This document shows, piece after piece, positions 41,431-56,652 of a DNA stretch of 64,000 bases. The notes below the pieces were generated by a model that made no database searches, was not told where the DNA came from, and saw only the letters and a program-made list of their open reading frames with translations. The stretch is taken from assembly GCF_006345805.1 (NCBI RefSeq), contig NC_043013.1, forward strand, positions 10,292,001 through 10,356,000, given 5' to 3'. Positions within the stretch are counted from its first letter, which is position 1; each line of letters starts with the position of its first letter. The DNA comes from Octopus sinensis. Taxonomy: Eukaryota. A program made the translations under genes and the position numbers.

Positions 41431-42739
41431 ATGTTTAGAGGCAATTGGCTAGGATTGGCACGTTCAATTGTTCCAGCTGTAATGGTCATAAACCAAGAGA
41501 TCATGACAGAAGTTCTTGGTGAAACTGTTAATGGAACCCCGAAGAGAAAATAGGAAGGCAGAGAGAGAGAGAGAGAGAAAGGAAAAAAAAAGCAGAGAGA
41601 GAGCGTGAGAGTGTGTAGTGGTGGCAGTGGTAATGGTGGTGGTAGTGGCGGTGGTGGTGGTGGTGGTGGTGGTAGTGGTGTAAACGTCGTCCACTACTCG
41701 CCTATTGCCTGTCACAAGGGAACACGACTTTCAAGAATACACTCACCCTCCCTCTGTTGTTTACGAATATACACACATGCAGACATACATATATAAATAC
41801 ACACACATACATACATATATACATGCATGCACACACACACATAATACATATGTGATATATATAATACGCACACACACACATACAATCTATATTTTGTTTT
41901 ACAATTTTTCTGCTTTTTGTCTTTCTATATTTATATACTGTCGTCTTTCTGATTTTTGCTCCTTCATTTCTTCCGCTCTTTTTGTCCTTCTGTTTTTGTT
42001 CTTCAGTTTCATTCACTCTTTCATTTGTACTTCCATTCTTCTATTCTTTAGTTCTTTCTTTACTCCGTCCATGTCTCATTTTACTTCTGCTTTCTTTCGT
42101 TTTGATGTTGTTGTTTGTCTTTTTCACTCACTAGCCTCATGTTTCTCTCCAAAGTGTCGCTTACCGCCCCTTTATGCCATAAAGTATTCTACACCTCCTA
42201 CCACGTGTCCGCCTTTTCCGTATCACCCACTCTCTTAATAATAATTTTCTTTTCCTTTTTTCAACAACCTCCCCCATAAACCATTCATACCCCGTACTTG
42301 TATTTTATTTTATTTTAATTAATTTTTTTTTTTTTCATTTAATAAAAAAATCCTGTCCGGTCCATCCTTCATAATCACCACCAAAACTACCACACACCTT
42401 CATATCCCACCGAAGAGCTAATTTCCTGGGGTATATTCGGTATTCGTGAAGGTTCTGTCGATGATGTTGGTGGCTGTAGTTCTTGTTGTTTGTGTTATGT
42501 AGCTTCGGGTCAGTCTTGATCAAGAAGTCCTTATGAGTGGCAGACAAGCAGCTACTTGACGAATCGACACTGATTCATCAACATACACTCCCAGTAATTA
42601 TAGGTCTATGTTTTGCTTTTGTAATTTGATTGCTTATATACTTGATGTGAACTAGTGTGTTGGAGAAAATTTTGTTGTATCTCAGGAAACAGGAGGGTCA
42701 CTATGCCAATAACAAACACACCCACTGGTTATAGCTCAC

Positions 42740-43472
<733 letters not shown>

Positions 43473-43759
43473 GAGAGTGAGAGAGCACTACATGCCATCA
43501 AAGTGTCACTGGGGTTAAATATACAAAGCCCAGTATACACACGCATCAATATGAATCTCCATCTACACATTAATATATATATATATATTAATTTACCTAT
43601 CCTACGTTGCAAAGAGTTCCACGTGTGCATCCCTACCAATGGATTACCCTGGTAGATAGAATTAATAGGTGTTAGCCGACAAGAAGTAGTGCAGCTTTAA
43701 AGAACTCATCCCTCTGTTTTTGCCCTAACCGGTTATGCGCCCGCATATAAGTGTGTGTA

Positions 43760-44160
43760 CTCCTTACTCTTACTCTTTTACTTGTTTCAGTCATTTGACT
43801 GCGGCCATGCTGGAGCACCGCCTTTAGTCGAGCAAATCGACCTCGGGACTTATTCTTTGTAAGCCCAGTACTTATTCTATCGGTCTCTTTTGCCGAACCG
43901 CTAAGTGACGGGGACGTAAAGACACCAGCATCGGTTGTCAAGCAATGCTAGGGGGACAAACACAGACACACACACTTATATATATATAAATATATACGAC
44001 GGGCTTCTTTCAGTTTCCGTCTACCAAATCCACTCACAAGGCATTGGTCGGCCCGGGGCTATAGCAGAAGACACTTGCCCAAGATGCCACGCAGTGGGAC
44101 TGAACCCGGAACCATGTGGTTGGTTAGCAAGCTACTTACCACACAGCCACTGCTGCGCCT
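43760..44160 (-). mobile_element. Family A SINE, full length
   Basis: Reverse complement of the 34547 copy; (AGAGTA)n-like tail. Confidence 0.9.
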
Positions 44161-44730
44161 TATATATTTCTTTAAGAGAAAGAATTGACTTTATGACTTA
44201 ACGTTCTTCAATTCTAAGAAGAAACTCTCAAGCGCATTACTTCTCACCAGGCAGATAGAAGATCTCTCCATGTGTTTTTGAATTCTGTATATTACAATAT
44301 AGTACAAACCGTTTACTTTAATCACGACCATCAGAAATGTCATAACTTTCAGGTAAAGGATTGCTATAATTATCATAATTATCTCTTCAGCCATGGAAAA
44401 TTTATGAAATAAAATCATAATAATGAAGCGACAACATATGGCGCAAGAGATAATATAACATTCAATCGATACTCGTCGGTTGATTTAGTGTATGTAGATA
44501 TCGTTCAATCACAAATGTTACCATACATTGCAGGTGATTGTGGAGATAAGCATGGCCAATTGAATTAGATACTCCGTTTGATATATATGGAGCAACAGTT
44601 CAAATACTTCGATGACGTTCCTTTGAACTCCAAGAAAGAAATTCTTTACTCTGCATTAGTATTTTTTCATGTAGCAGATGGAAATGGGTTATCCATTCAG
44701 CCAATAGTCATTCCAGCAACAGAATGGATA

Positions 44731-45106
44731 TTTTTATATATAAAAGTGAGGTTGTGTGCTGTCTGTCTCCTACAATTTAGATTCCTAACTACTCCCACAT
44801 TTTGCGGTGCAGTTTAACCAAAACCGGGTATCTTATAGTCGTGATTCATATCGAGCCCTTCTGGGTATTAGCGAGAGTCTACGATGTGTCTACGATTTTA
44901 AAGACAATTTACCATCAATTTTTCCCATTTTTAATGCATTTTTGGCATATAAAAATTTATTGTTAAATCTCAGAACGTAAAAAGCTACAGTAACATCCCC
45001 CTTTGTGGTTAGCCATATTGAGATGGCTATTATACTTTACATCTCTAAAAATACTTATATAGTTATTTCCCTTACAAACCCGAGCAACGCCGGGCGATAC
45101 TGCTAG
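44731..45106 (+). mobile_element. Non-autonomous Helitron, copy 1
   Basis: Homologous to the 59149 copy; subterminal hairpin CCCGAGCAACGCCGGG, CTAG 3' end, A|T junction, no TSD (5' end is TT rather than TC). Confidence 0.8.
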
Positions 45107-45775
45107 TTGTTAATAAAGGACATATTTAGAAGTGTTAGGTAAATTTACTGGGAAGCAGGTGCTTTAGGTCAACATTTCTGGTTTTGCAATCACGCTGTTT
45201 CGCATTAAGTTCTACTGAGCGGCTCCTTTGGCAAGTGTTTTCTACTATAGCTGTAGAATATCTGACGCATTATAAGTGGAGTTGATAGACGGAAACTGTA
45301 TGGAATTCCGTCCTGTAAGCGGGCATGTGTTTATATGTGTGTATGTGTATGTGTGTTTCCTCGTGTGTGTGTGTGTGTATTTGTGTCTGTGTTTCTGCCC
45401 CTTACCCGTTGACAACCGGTATTTTAGTTTTGTGTACGTCCTCCTAAATTAACGATTAAGTCAAAGAGACCGTTAGAAATAAATCCCAGACGCAAGAGAA
45501 AACAATTACTGGGATAGATTTGCTCAACTAAAACTCTGTAAAGAAGGCTGTAATTAAACGAATGAAACAGGTAATTGATAGAAGAATCGATTAAGATATT
45601 TTCTACTTTCTTTGGAAAAGAGATCCCGTGGTTAAACAATGTGTTTTCCCTTAATTACTTGCAAGAAAGAATATTCATCTTACGATCTTAAATGACCTTT
45701 ATTTTTTATCAGTGATCGATTACACACTTCTCCTCATCACTGAAGCAGTAGTAACTTATGATAAGATAAAAAATA

Positions 45776-46026
45776 AATGCGCCCTTTTTAAAGCCTAGCC
45801 AGGCTCATGGACCCGGTTTCCCGGTTTCTATGGCGTATGTGTTCCCCACCTGGACGGGACGCCAGTCCATCGCAGCGTTACTCATTTTTGCCAGCTGAGT
45901 GGACTGGAGCAACGTGAAATGAAGTGCTTTGCTCAAAAACACAACGCGTCGCCCGGTCCAGGAATCAAAACCACAATCTTACGATCATGATGCTGAAACC
46001 CTAACCACTAAGCCACGCGCCTCCAC
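45776..46026 (-). mobile_element. CORE-type SINE, family C3
   Basis: Homologous to the 35805 copy; nearby GT(A/T)GTAACTTAT direct repeat. Confidence 0.85.
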
Positions 46027-46412
46027 GTTGTAACTTATAGTCGATCAGAATTGGTTCACTTTCTGGAAATTTGCATATAGCACAAATATTTACCTCATTT
46101 TATGAAAATTAGTGTTGACCTATTCAGATGTAAGTCCATTAGAATTTGGGCACCTATAGGACTCAATTTTCCCATTTATTAGGAAAACTGTTTTTACTTT
46201 ATGCACAAGGCCTGAAATTTGGGGGAAGGGGTCTATTCGACTACATCATCCTTACTACTCAACTGGTACATAATTTATCGACATCAAAAGGATGAAAGGC
46301 AAATTCAACCTCTGAAATTTGAACCCAGAACGTGAAAGCGGAAGAAATGCCGCTAAACTTTTTATCTGGCTAAGCATTTTATACCGCTTCTGCCAGCACA
46401 AATTGATACCGC

Positions 46413-46659
46413 TACTATTATGTTAAACTGTCGTATATCTGAATATGGCCAAATGCGTTTATTTATGTATTTCAATATTTATTTTTGCTTGAAATAGCCG
46501 GTTCTTTTGGTCAACCTATCGTATCTCCAACTGCTTCAGACGCCAAGATATCAAAAATTGTCAGCGTAGTACAACGGTTTTGCTATGAAATGGTAAAACT
46601 AATTTTTCATTTTCTGAAAAAGCAACGTTTTGGGCTTACGACACTTTTGCATAATAGCA
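46413..46659. mobile_element. Possible old MITE
   Basis: TACTATTATGTTAAACTGTCGTA vs reverse complement of TACGACACTTTTGCATAATAGCA (~19/23). Confidence 0.4.
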
Positions 46660-47269
46660 TATAAAACGTAACTATCCAGATCAATACCTCTATGGCTCCA
46701 TAGAGGAAACATTACGCGGTTTAATTAATGCATGTGCTTTAGATAGCGGGGTAAAAATTTATGATTACTTAAAACACAAACTCGTAAGAGTATCTTATAT
46801 CTATGTTAAAACAACGTATAGTCCTTCCATGTTATAGAATCCTCGAGAATGAAAGATAAAGGTGGACTCTGTGAGATACGAACTTGAAATATATAGAATC
46901 GGAACTAGCATTGCCTAGCGCATTCTTTTTTCCCCGACCACCTAATGATTTTGTTAGTATGTCGCACTATAATGGCTACTGATTTAGGTGATGAGCAAGC
47001 AATGATTGAGGGTAAGCTTAATTAGATAGACTCTAGTACCTAACTGAAAGTTTATTTTATCAACCCCACAAGGATGGATGAAACGCAACGTTGACATCGG
47101 CGAGATTTTCAAATGGTTTCAATTTTGTTCCAAGGTGAGAAATTTCGAGAGGAGGTGTAGTCAGTCCATCGGGAAAACTCCTTCTACAATATGCACAAGG
47201 CCTGAAGTTTTGTGTGAGACCTACTCAATTACATCGATATCAATGCTGAAATGGTATTATTTTATCCAG

Positions 47270-47478
47270 GCAGCGAGCTGGCAGAAATGTTAGCACATTT
47301 CGTCTACCGTTACGTTCTGAGTTCAAATTCCGCCGAGGTCGACTTTGCCTTTCATCCTTTCGGGGTCGATAAATTAAGTACCAGTTACACACTGGGGTCG
47401 ATGTAATTGACTTAATCCGTTTGTCTGTCCTTGTTTGTCCCCTCTGTTTTTATCCCCTTGTGGGTAGTAAAGAAATAG
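47270..47478 (+). mobile_element. Family B SINE
   Basis: Family homology; 17-bp TSD GGTATTATTTTATCCAG on both sides. Confidence 0.9.
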
Positions 47479-48182
47479 GTATTATTTTATCCAGCTAAAA
47501 GGGACGATAGTAAAAACCATCGCAGACGTGGAAATTCTACATTTAGTAATAGTTTTTGTTTCTTTTCTAATGCATAAATTGCTGGATCTTCATAACATTG
47601 TTCAAGTATGTGAAATATTTCGATTATGTCTTCCATGGTATTCCATAGTAAGATTATTGAAAGCTTAACACCCGGAACATGTTTCATTATGCTAAATATT
47701 TCGATAATATCTTCCATTTCGTTTTCTATGATAAGCGCAACACGGGAATACATGTAGTGACAAGAATAATAATATTGGAGATAATCAGCAGAATCGACAC
47801 CCGTATATAATATCATAAGACATGCAAAAAAACAAAGAAGGAAGAAAGAAAAAAATACAATATCTACATCGGTAAGTGGGGGCGGATTTTAACTTTATTA
47901 CAGGGTAATATATAGCAAATAGATGTAATCACTAAGGATCTAGGGCGGGATTTTTGTCTAAAAGAATACCGCCTGGCTTTCCGGAAAAAAATAAAATCTT
48001 TCTTTCATGTAGACTAATTAACATTTTTGAACAAGATCTTTATACAGTTTCGGATTCTTATCTCAGAGATATGCATATATTTATATATTTGTTGATATCA
48101 CTTAAACAGTATCGTTTTACTTCACATCTGGGTAATCCACTATCAGGCGAATAGAAATGCAAGTTTTGTTCATTTTATATAT

Positions 48183-48231
<49 letters not shown>

Positions 48232-48236
48232 ATAAT

Positions 48237-48296
<60 letters not shown>

Positions 48297-48451
48297 TCAT
48301 TTATTATTTGAAGCAACATATATTTGCAGCATTATAGATTGATAGACTCAAAAGCAAAATGGAAGAAAACGCAGATTTAGTTTTCGCATTCTTCTTCTTC
48401 TTCTTCTTCTTCTTCTTCTTCTTCTTCTTCTAATTCTTCCCTTTACTACTA

Positions 48452-48486
<35 letters not shown>

Positions 48487-48543
48487 TGTACCACTACTAC
48501 TGCTATACTGCTGCTGCAGTATATATATATATATATATATATG

Positions 48544-48744
48544 TATTCAATATGTGACCGCGTGTGTATCGTTGGCGATTTTCTTCCTCCACCTCTCTTC
48601 CTTGGACCTTTTCTTTTTCTATGTTTCTGACGAAGAGCTCCTCTCGAAACGTTAAATCCTCCTTTCTTTCCTTTTCTAAGCGTCCAATAACACTATACTT
48701 GTTCCACGTCCTCGCGTTGTTGTGTTTTCTTGTTTGGATTAACT
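48544..48744 (+). mobile_element. HH-A copy 3
   Basis: Family homology; flanked by (TA)n on both sides. Confidence 0.75.
48623..48657 (+). ncRNA. Minimal hammerhead ribozyme motif, canonical core
   Basis: TTT-CTGACGA-A-GAG[CTCCT]CTC-GAAA-CG-TT-AAA; palindromic AACGTT stem III. Confidence 0.6.
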
Positions 48745-48747
48745 ATA

Positions 48748-48785
<38 letters not shown>

Positions 48786-50791
48786 ACGGTTATTGAAGCA
48801 GTTTAGATGAGAGTTGTTTTCTAACTGCATGCTCTGCTTCTCTACATTTTTGAATTATTTGGCTAGCCTAGCCAATTCTGTTAGACAGAGGAATAAAAAA
48901 AAAATTCAACGACTTCAATAATAGATTGGTACTTTAGTCAACGAGCGCGGTTAATTTCCGCATTAAAACCCTACATATGCAAGGGCCGCTTTATAGCCTC
49001 ACGTAAAGAGTATGCAGTCTTAAAAAATTATACACTGTGGGAAATTTCTGTGGTTTTCTGGAAATTTAAGAAAATTTTCAAGTAATTTTTTTTTTGGGGG
49101 GGGGCTAAATCCTTCCATGTTCCGTCCCACAATGCGGTACCTCGAACAAAGGTACGAACCACAAAACATATTTATTAAACTATCAAATAAGCCTTAGTTA
49201 TTTTTAGAGTATTAACTGCTATTCTGTTTTTATTTTTAGCATGTAAAGTAGGGATACTTTAACAATCTGACCATTAGTCGAGTATATTTTCTATTAGTTT
49301 GTTTTTTCGCTGAACCACTAAGAAAAGGGACGTAAAAAATTATCAATACCAATTACCAAACAAGCACAAAGACACATACGCAAACATACAGATCGATACT
49401 CATATACATAAATACATACATACATACATACATACATATATGCATACATACATACATACATACATACGTATATACATATATATATATAAACCTTGGAAAG
49501 GCTGAGATGTTTAGAGAAAGTACCCCTTCAGCTAACATCGAAATACGATCTGTAAACGGAGCAGAGATAAAATGTAAGACTTTTTTTCTTTCTCCAGTTC
49601 AAAATGTAACATTGTTTTCGTCATCAACATTTCAAAGATTAGCACTTTATACCATTTATGGAAAGCAGCACCTACCTTACAAGAAGCGTTGAAATAAATA
49701 GATAGCAGAGAACATACATAAATACATCCATCAATCCATACATACATACATACATACATACATACATACATACATACATACATTCATATACACACACTCA
49801 CACACATATATACAAGAATACATACACGTACAAGAAATTACACACACACACACATATAAATATATATATAACATTTTTCTGCATATAAAAATGTCAGGTA
49901 GGGCTACATGAATACATCGTTGGCCCACTACTACACCCCATGGGATACAACTGGTGGGATTATTAAAGCCACCGTAACGTATGAGATATAAATACGCATA
50001 TCAACAAAATTATATATTGTTCATGAGCTCACTGTAGTATCTAACTTCAAATAAACGGCGAAAAGATCAGATGTGGGACCTACTCACACCAAAGTGTATC
50101 AGGGGTTTTCACATTTGATATCACGGGATCATCTCAGATAAAGAATGTTTTTTAGACAAGAAAAAGGGAAGAGGGAAATAGAAATTATAGAAGACACATC
50201 AGTTGTATATATTTGATATAATTGATATGCTTATCCTTTATTTTACTCATTTCTCAACTGTGCACGGTGAACTAAGTGACACTCCTTCAATGGATATATA
50301 TATATACATATATATATTGATATATACAGAAGGATACAGGAATGTATACTTACATACTTACACACATATATAGAGACGTACATATATATATATATATAAT
50401 GTGTGTGTGAGTGTCCTCTCTCTCTCTCTCTCTCTCTTTATATATATGTGCATATATACCTGTGTTCGTGCGTGTGTTATGTATATGTATGTATATGGAT
50501 ATACATACTTTAAATACGTACATATAAACATATTACTGATGCGAATGGAGGTTTCAAGTGTCTAAGTTGCAAGGCTTAATATAATGAATGTAAACATACA
50601 TACTTTATACATACATACATATATACATACATATATACATACATACATATATATATACTCATTTGTATATATATATATACATATACATATATATATATAT
50701 ATATACATATATATACATATGTATATATGTATATATACAGACATACACACACACACATATATATGTGTTCTGTGTCTATGTCCGCATATAC

Positions 50792-50850
<59 letters not shown>

Positions 50851-51259
50851 GTGTGTGCGTATATACGTATATGCAAATGTATGTCGGCTTTTCTATATGT
50901 GGGTATGTGTTGGGCAATCGTCGCCTTTACTACGGAAACAAGTCTTCAGATAGTAACAGGTGTCAACTTTCACTGTCCTCCTCTCTGCCCAAACCAGAAA
51001 TAATATAACGCGATAACGTAATGCAAACAATAATCTCCCTTATTAGCAATCTCTTTACTGGTTCAACTCGGTTCAGATCATTGATATTTTCTGGGTTTTG
51101 TTTTATTTTATTTACACTAAGTTTCCTTATTTGCAAGAGGATTACACACACACACACACATATATATATATATGTGTGTGTGTATATGTATGTATATAAA
51201 CGTATGAATATATATGTATATGTATATCTATACATATATAATGTATATATATATATGTC

Positions 51260-51473
51260 TTTCAAAATGTGACCTCGTGCGTAACGTTGGCGATTTTTTT
51301 CCCTCTGTCTTCCCTTCTCTGGATCTTTCCTTCTCCTATGTTTCCGAGGAAGAGCTCCGCTCGAAACGTTAAAGTCTCCATCTTTCTTTCCTTTCCTGAG
51401 CGTCCAATAATACTGTATTTGTTCCACGACCTCGCGTTGTTGTGTTTTTTCTGCTTTCTTTTTGGATTAACTT
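51260..51473 (+). mobile_element. HH-A copy 4
   Basis: GTTT-CCGAGGA-AGAGCTCCGCTC-GAAA-CGTT-AAAG at 51340-51374; embedded in (TA)n. Confidence 0.75.
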
Positions 51474-51478
51474 TTTTT

Positions 51479-51603
<125 letters not shown>

Positions 51604-52158
51604 ATTTATATACATATAGATATATATGTAAATGTATATCTATACATACGTATAAATATACATACATACAGAAGAGAAAATTACAGAGAGAGAGAGAGAG
51701 AAACAGAGAGAGTGAGAGGGAGAATCTCAATATTAGTGAAGTACTGGACTGTTCAATTTCTTACTTTATACTCCAGCCTTCGAGTGCTTTGAAACTAAAA
51801 TATAAACTGGAATATTTTTGCACTTATTCGTTCTGGTGCGAACAGAGCGGCGTGTCTCGTCCTCTGTATGTACTCACACGCGCACACACGCGCACACAAA
51901 CACACATATATAATAGTAACTAAATTACTAAATTACTGGGATATAAATTAATTGACACCGGTTGTGAAGCTATGGGGTGAGCAGCAAACATATACACTAA
52001 AACACCCATAATTATATGAAACGTCCTTCTACGCAGCTTGCAACTACCACATTCAAAGGGCATAAGTTGACTCTGGTCGTTAGTCGAGGATTATTGCCCA
52101 AGTTTTCTCGCTCTGCGGCTGAACTCGAAACCATTCTATAGTGCATAGCCATGTAAAC

Positions 52159-52348
52159 GATCCTGCTTCAAACGATGGAGAAGCCAGCCTTTCGTGACTT
52201 TGAGTGGTTCTGATAATACTAGGTGCGATACTGTTAAATTCCAGTTCGTATGATTAACCAAGAACTTTTGGATGTTAGTATTATGAAACATGTAACAGCT
52301 GGTTTGAAGAATTGAAGAATTTTTTATTGTGGTATATACATGCATATA
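52159..52348 (+). repeat. 190-bp repeat, copy 1 (inverted partner at 56653-56842)
   Basis: About 5 mismatches over 190 bp against the reverse complement of 56653-56842. Confidence 0.9.
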
Positions 52349-52421
52349 CCACAACGATTGCTTGATTAAGGACCAGGTAGTGTCACATATACGGGTAAAG
52401 CTACAACCGATCATATCTGCT

Positions 52422-52687
52422 CAGGGGTATAGCTAGGATCAGGTAAGTAGGGCGCCACTTTAAGAGAGGCGCAATTTTGGTCAAGGTCATTTTCTAATTA
52501 AGCCATTAAGAAAAAAAAAATTAAACCTTTTCAGGTATGGTTTGTTTCGCTAATCCCCATCCTTGCCTCTAGAGAGAATAGTTGTTCTTACTTGATCCTA
52601 CAAAGTGCATGCGCTGCTTTTTGGTTGTGGTGGGGGGTGCAATTTTGATGCTTGTCCGGGGCGCCATATACCTTACCTACGCCCCTG
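52422..52687. mobile_element. hAT-type MITE
   Basis: CAGGGGTATAGCTAGG ... CCTTACCTACGCCCCTG imperfect TIRs; 8-bp TSD TATCTGCT/TATCTGCC. Confidence 0.8.
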
Positions 52688-52799
52688 TATCTGCCGTGTG
52701 GTATATGACAACTCCCGTAATGTTATCGAACGTGGGATAAAAAGGTCAAAGAAAAATACAGCTCAACAAACTTTGAAATCATAACATAATCAGAAGACG

Positions 52800-52940
52800 A
52801 CTACAGAGTTTGAGGAAAGAACGATCATCGATCATATAGAATCCAGGACAATGATGGACAAAATAGGCATCATAGGACTTGAACCCAGAAGGCAAAAGAA
52901 GAGATATAGCTAAAATCTGGAAGAGATATTTGCCGTCACT
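52800..52940 (+). pseudogene. Possible RTE-clade LINE C-terminal relic
   Basis: WTK..*..NPEGKRRDIAKIWKR resembles the RTE W-x-P-x-GKR-x-RGRP-x-x-x-W motif. Confidence 0.35.
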
Positions 52941-53854
52941 ATCCAAGAAGACAACAATGTTTTCCTTGTCGCGCCATAGATTAGCATTTATGTATATAAA
53001 GAGAAAGGCGGAGCTACATAAATGTGTCTGGGGTAGAATAACTTCTGTTTGTTATCAGAATTCATCTGAGCAGAAAATTATGGGAGAAAAATTTGGATTT
53101 CTTCATATATATATATAGGTTTCGGTAACTGAAATATATTAGTATATTTTTACACTTTATGCATTAGTGTATATATTTTTCATTATATTACTTGATTCAT
53201 TAAATGAATATTTCAATTAGATTTCTTCTTCTTCTTCTTCTTCTTCTTCTCATCATTATTATCATCACCGTCATCATCATCATCATCATCATTACCTCGT
53301 CGTCGTCGTTGTCATCATTATCATAATCATCATCATTATCATCACCATCACCATCATCATCATCATCATCATCTTCATCATTCTTATCATCATCACCGAC
53401 ATCAACACTATCAGGATCATCATTGTCGTCGTCCTTGTCGTTGTCACCGTCATCGTATATGTTATTATCAATACTAGCAGTTCAAATTTTGACAATGTCA
53501 GCTTCGCCTTTCAGCCTTTCGAGCGTTTTATTATTTTAATATAACACTGAAATACGGGAGCCTGCTTAAATACAATGATAATTATAATTTTTGTTATTGT
53601 TTGTTGTTATTGCTAGTAAATGCATGCGTTATTTAATGAGCAGAAGTAAAAATTTCTTGTAATGTCATATTGGCTGTGAGTCAAGAAATATCTAATTTCC
53701 GGTAAATATCGTTTACTTGCTTATATTATACTTGCTTATATATACTTGAACTGGTTTGTAATTCTAATTGAGGCTTCTTATTTATGCATATACACAACCA
53801 TACATACACACATGCATACACTGACAAAAATAGAAGCAGAAATTTACTTAAATA

Positions 53855-54272
53855 GGCGCAGGAGTGGCTGTGTGGTAAGTAGCTTGCTAAACAACCACAT
53901 GGTTCCGGGTTCAGTCCCACTGCGTGGCATCTTGGGCAAGTGTCTTCTGCTATAGCCCCGGGCCGACCAATGTCTTGTGAGTGGATTTGGGAGACGGAAA
54001 CTGAAAGAAGCCCGTCGTATATATGTATATATATATATATATATATGCGTGTGTGTGTGTTTGTGTGTCTGTAATTGTCCCTCGAGCATTGCTTGACAAC
54101 CGATGCTGGTGTGTTTATGTCCCCGTAACTTAGCGATTCGGCAAAGAGACCGATAGAATAAGTACTGGGCTTACAAAAGAATAAGTCCCGGGGTCGAGTT
54201 GTTCGATTAAAGGCGGTGCTCCAGCATGGCCGCAGTCAAATTACTGAAACAACTAAAAGAGAGAGTAAAGAG
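53855..54272 (+). mobile_element. Family A SINE, full length, flanked by 111-bp direct repeats
   Basis: GGCGCAGGAGTGGCTGTGTGG head; flanks 53741-53851 and 54273-54383 differ at 2 positions. Confidence 0.9.
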
Positions 54273-54668
54273 TATACTTGAACTGGTTTGTAATTCTAAT
54301 TGAGGCTTCTTATTTATGCATATACACAACCATACATACACACATGCATACACAGACAAAAATATAAGCAGAAATTTACTTAATACACAGAAAATGCATC
54401 TATCCATCTATGTAGCTATCTACCTGTTTGTATAAAAGTATGTCTATATCCGTGAGTGTATACGTGCGTGTACGCACGCACGTGTCCGATGACTGCATTT
54501 TTGTTAATTGTTGTATCGTATTTGGGACCTTCATATTACTGTTAAGGATTAAGTTTTTCCTTTCTCATAAAATGAGAATTAGGCATTTATGAATGGAAAT
54601 TCCAATAGATAGACGTACTTAAAAATTATTTTGATAATGCAGTGAAAAAAAGTATCTAATCTATCTAT

Positions 54669-54739
<71 letters not shown>

Positions 54740-54854
54740 ATATATGAGTGCGACTTTCTGCACACATCTCATCTTATACCTATATGTATATGCATATGTT
54801 CGTATATCTGCGGTTGTAGGTGCATGATAGGAGGATATATATACATATACATAT

Positions 54855-55245
54855 GTGGCTGTGTGGTAAGTAGCTTGCTAACCAACCACATGGTTCCGGG
54901 TTCAGTCCCACTGCGTGGCACCTTGGGCAAGTGCCTTCTACTATAGCCTCGGGCCGACCAATGCCTTGTGAGTGGATTTGGTAGACGGAAACTGAAAGAA
55001 GCCTGTCGTATATATATATATATATGTGTGTTTGTGTGTCTGTGATTGTCCCCCTAGCATTGCTTGACAACCGATGCTGGTGTGTTTATGTTCCCGTTAC
55101 TTAGCGGTTCGGCCAAAGTGACCGATAGAATAAGTACTGGGCTTACAAAAAGAGTAAGTCCCAGGGTCGAGTTGCTCGATTAAAGGCGGTGCTCCAGCAT
55201 GGCCGCAGTCAAATGATTGAAACAAGTAAAAGAGAGTAAAAGAGA
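54855..55245 (+). mobile_element. Family A SINE
   Basis: Family homology from head to tail. Confidence 0.9.
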
Positions 55246-55288
55246 ATATATATACATATACATTTATACAAACATACATACATATATG

Positions 55289-55335
<47 letters not shown>

Positions 55336-56280
55336 GTACAGACACACACACATACACACATATGTACATACACATATAGAGTTTATGAATAAACCTGATA
55401 CGGTATTTTCTAGTATTTTTATAACTAAATCGATACAATGTTTCATTTCACATATATGATGCTATTGGAGCAATCATCTGCTACAATGTCGATGAAATAA
55501 TTGCAGAGTTATGCAAATAAAAAGTCTCCTTGTTAATTCTTATATGTACTGACTTCAAATAGGCACAAAGGCAGCACTCTCGGGCGTGTGTATAAGGCGA
55601 TTTCATCTACCTTAATGTCTAAGTGGTACTTATTTTATCCACCCCGAATGAATGAAAGACAAAAAATGACTTCAGCGGAATTTGAACATGGAGGAAATGC
55701 CGCTAACAATTTTAGCAGGAGTACAAACGATTCTGTTAGTTCGCCACCATAATCTTTATATGTATTTATGTTTGTTTTTACGTAGCGCAAGAATGTTGAT
55801 AATATTACATTAAAGAGAAGATTTACTCAAAACCGTATGCAGTGCTCATAAATAATTTATTTTATGCGAGGAGGCTGTTCAAAATGACTTCGAATTTTAA
55901 GATTCCTAGACTTTATCGGAAAATCAAATAAGATCTAAGTGGCCGAGGCTTCGAAGGATAATAAATGTAAATATGCAAAGAAAGTATGGCATAGATGGTT
56001 ACAAATATTATCATCTAGCGTATACCCAGATCAACCCATTTAAAAGAGGAGAATTTCTCTGAGAAAAGTGTCTACTTTGGAATTCAGATTTAAAAGTATT
56101 AATTAGGGGCAATAATATCTATGCGAATATAACAGAAGGATATTGGGGAATCGCATTTGACTCATACAAAATAGATAGGCAAACCATTACATATTATATA
56201 TGCCTGTATGGGTATATGTACCTATATATGTGCGTATGTCTTTGTGTAGGTGAGAGACTGTAGGTATGTGTATATGATAG

Positions 56281-56326
<46 letters not shown>

Positions 56327-56404
56327 ACATATACGTACATATACACTTATACATGGTTGTGTGGGTGTATATGTTTGCATATATATATATATATATGTAT
56401 ATAC

Positions 56405-56435
<31 letters not shown>

Positions 56436-56652
56436 TTTATAAATATACATCTATATATGTATATTCATATACATATTTATAGAAATATAAATCTATATAC
56501 ATATATGTATGTATAAAAATGTGTATTATATATATGTGTGTATAGATCTACATCTCAGTAGATGTATGTAGATATACGCAAAGACACACATATATATGTC
56601 GACACATTCATTTACATATGCATACAGACACACACATACGTATATTCATGTA

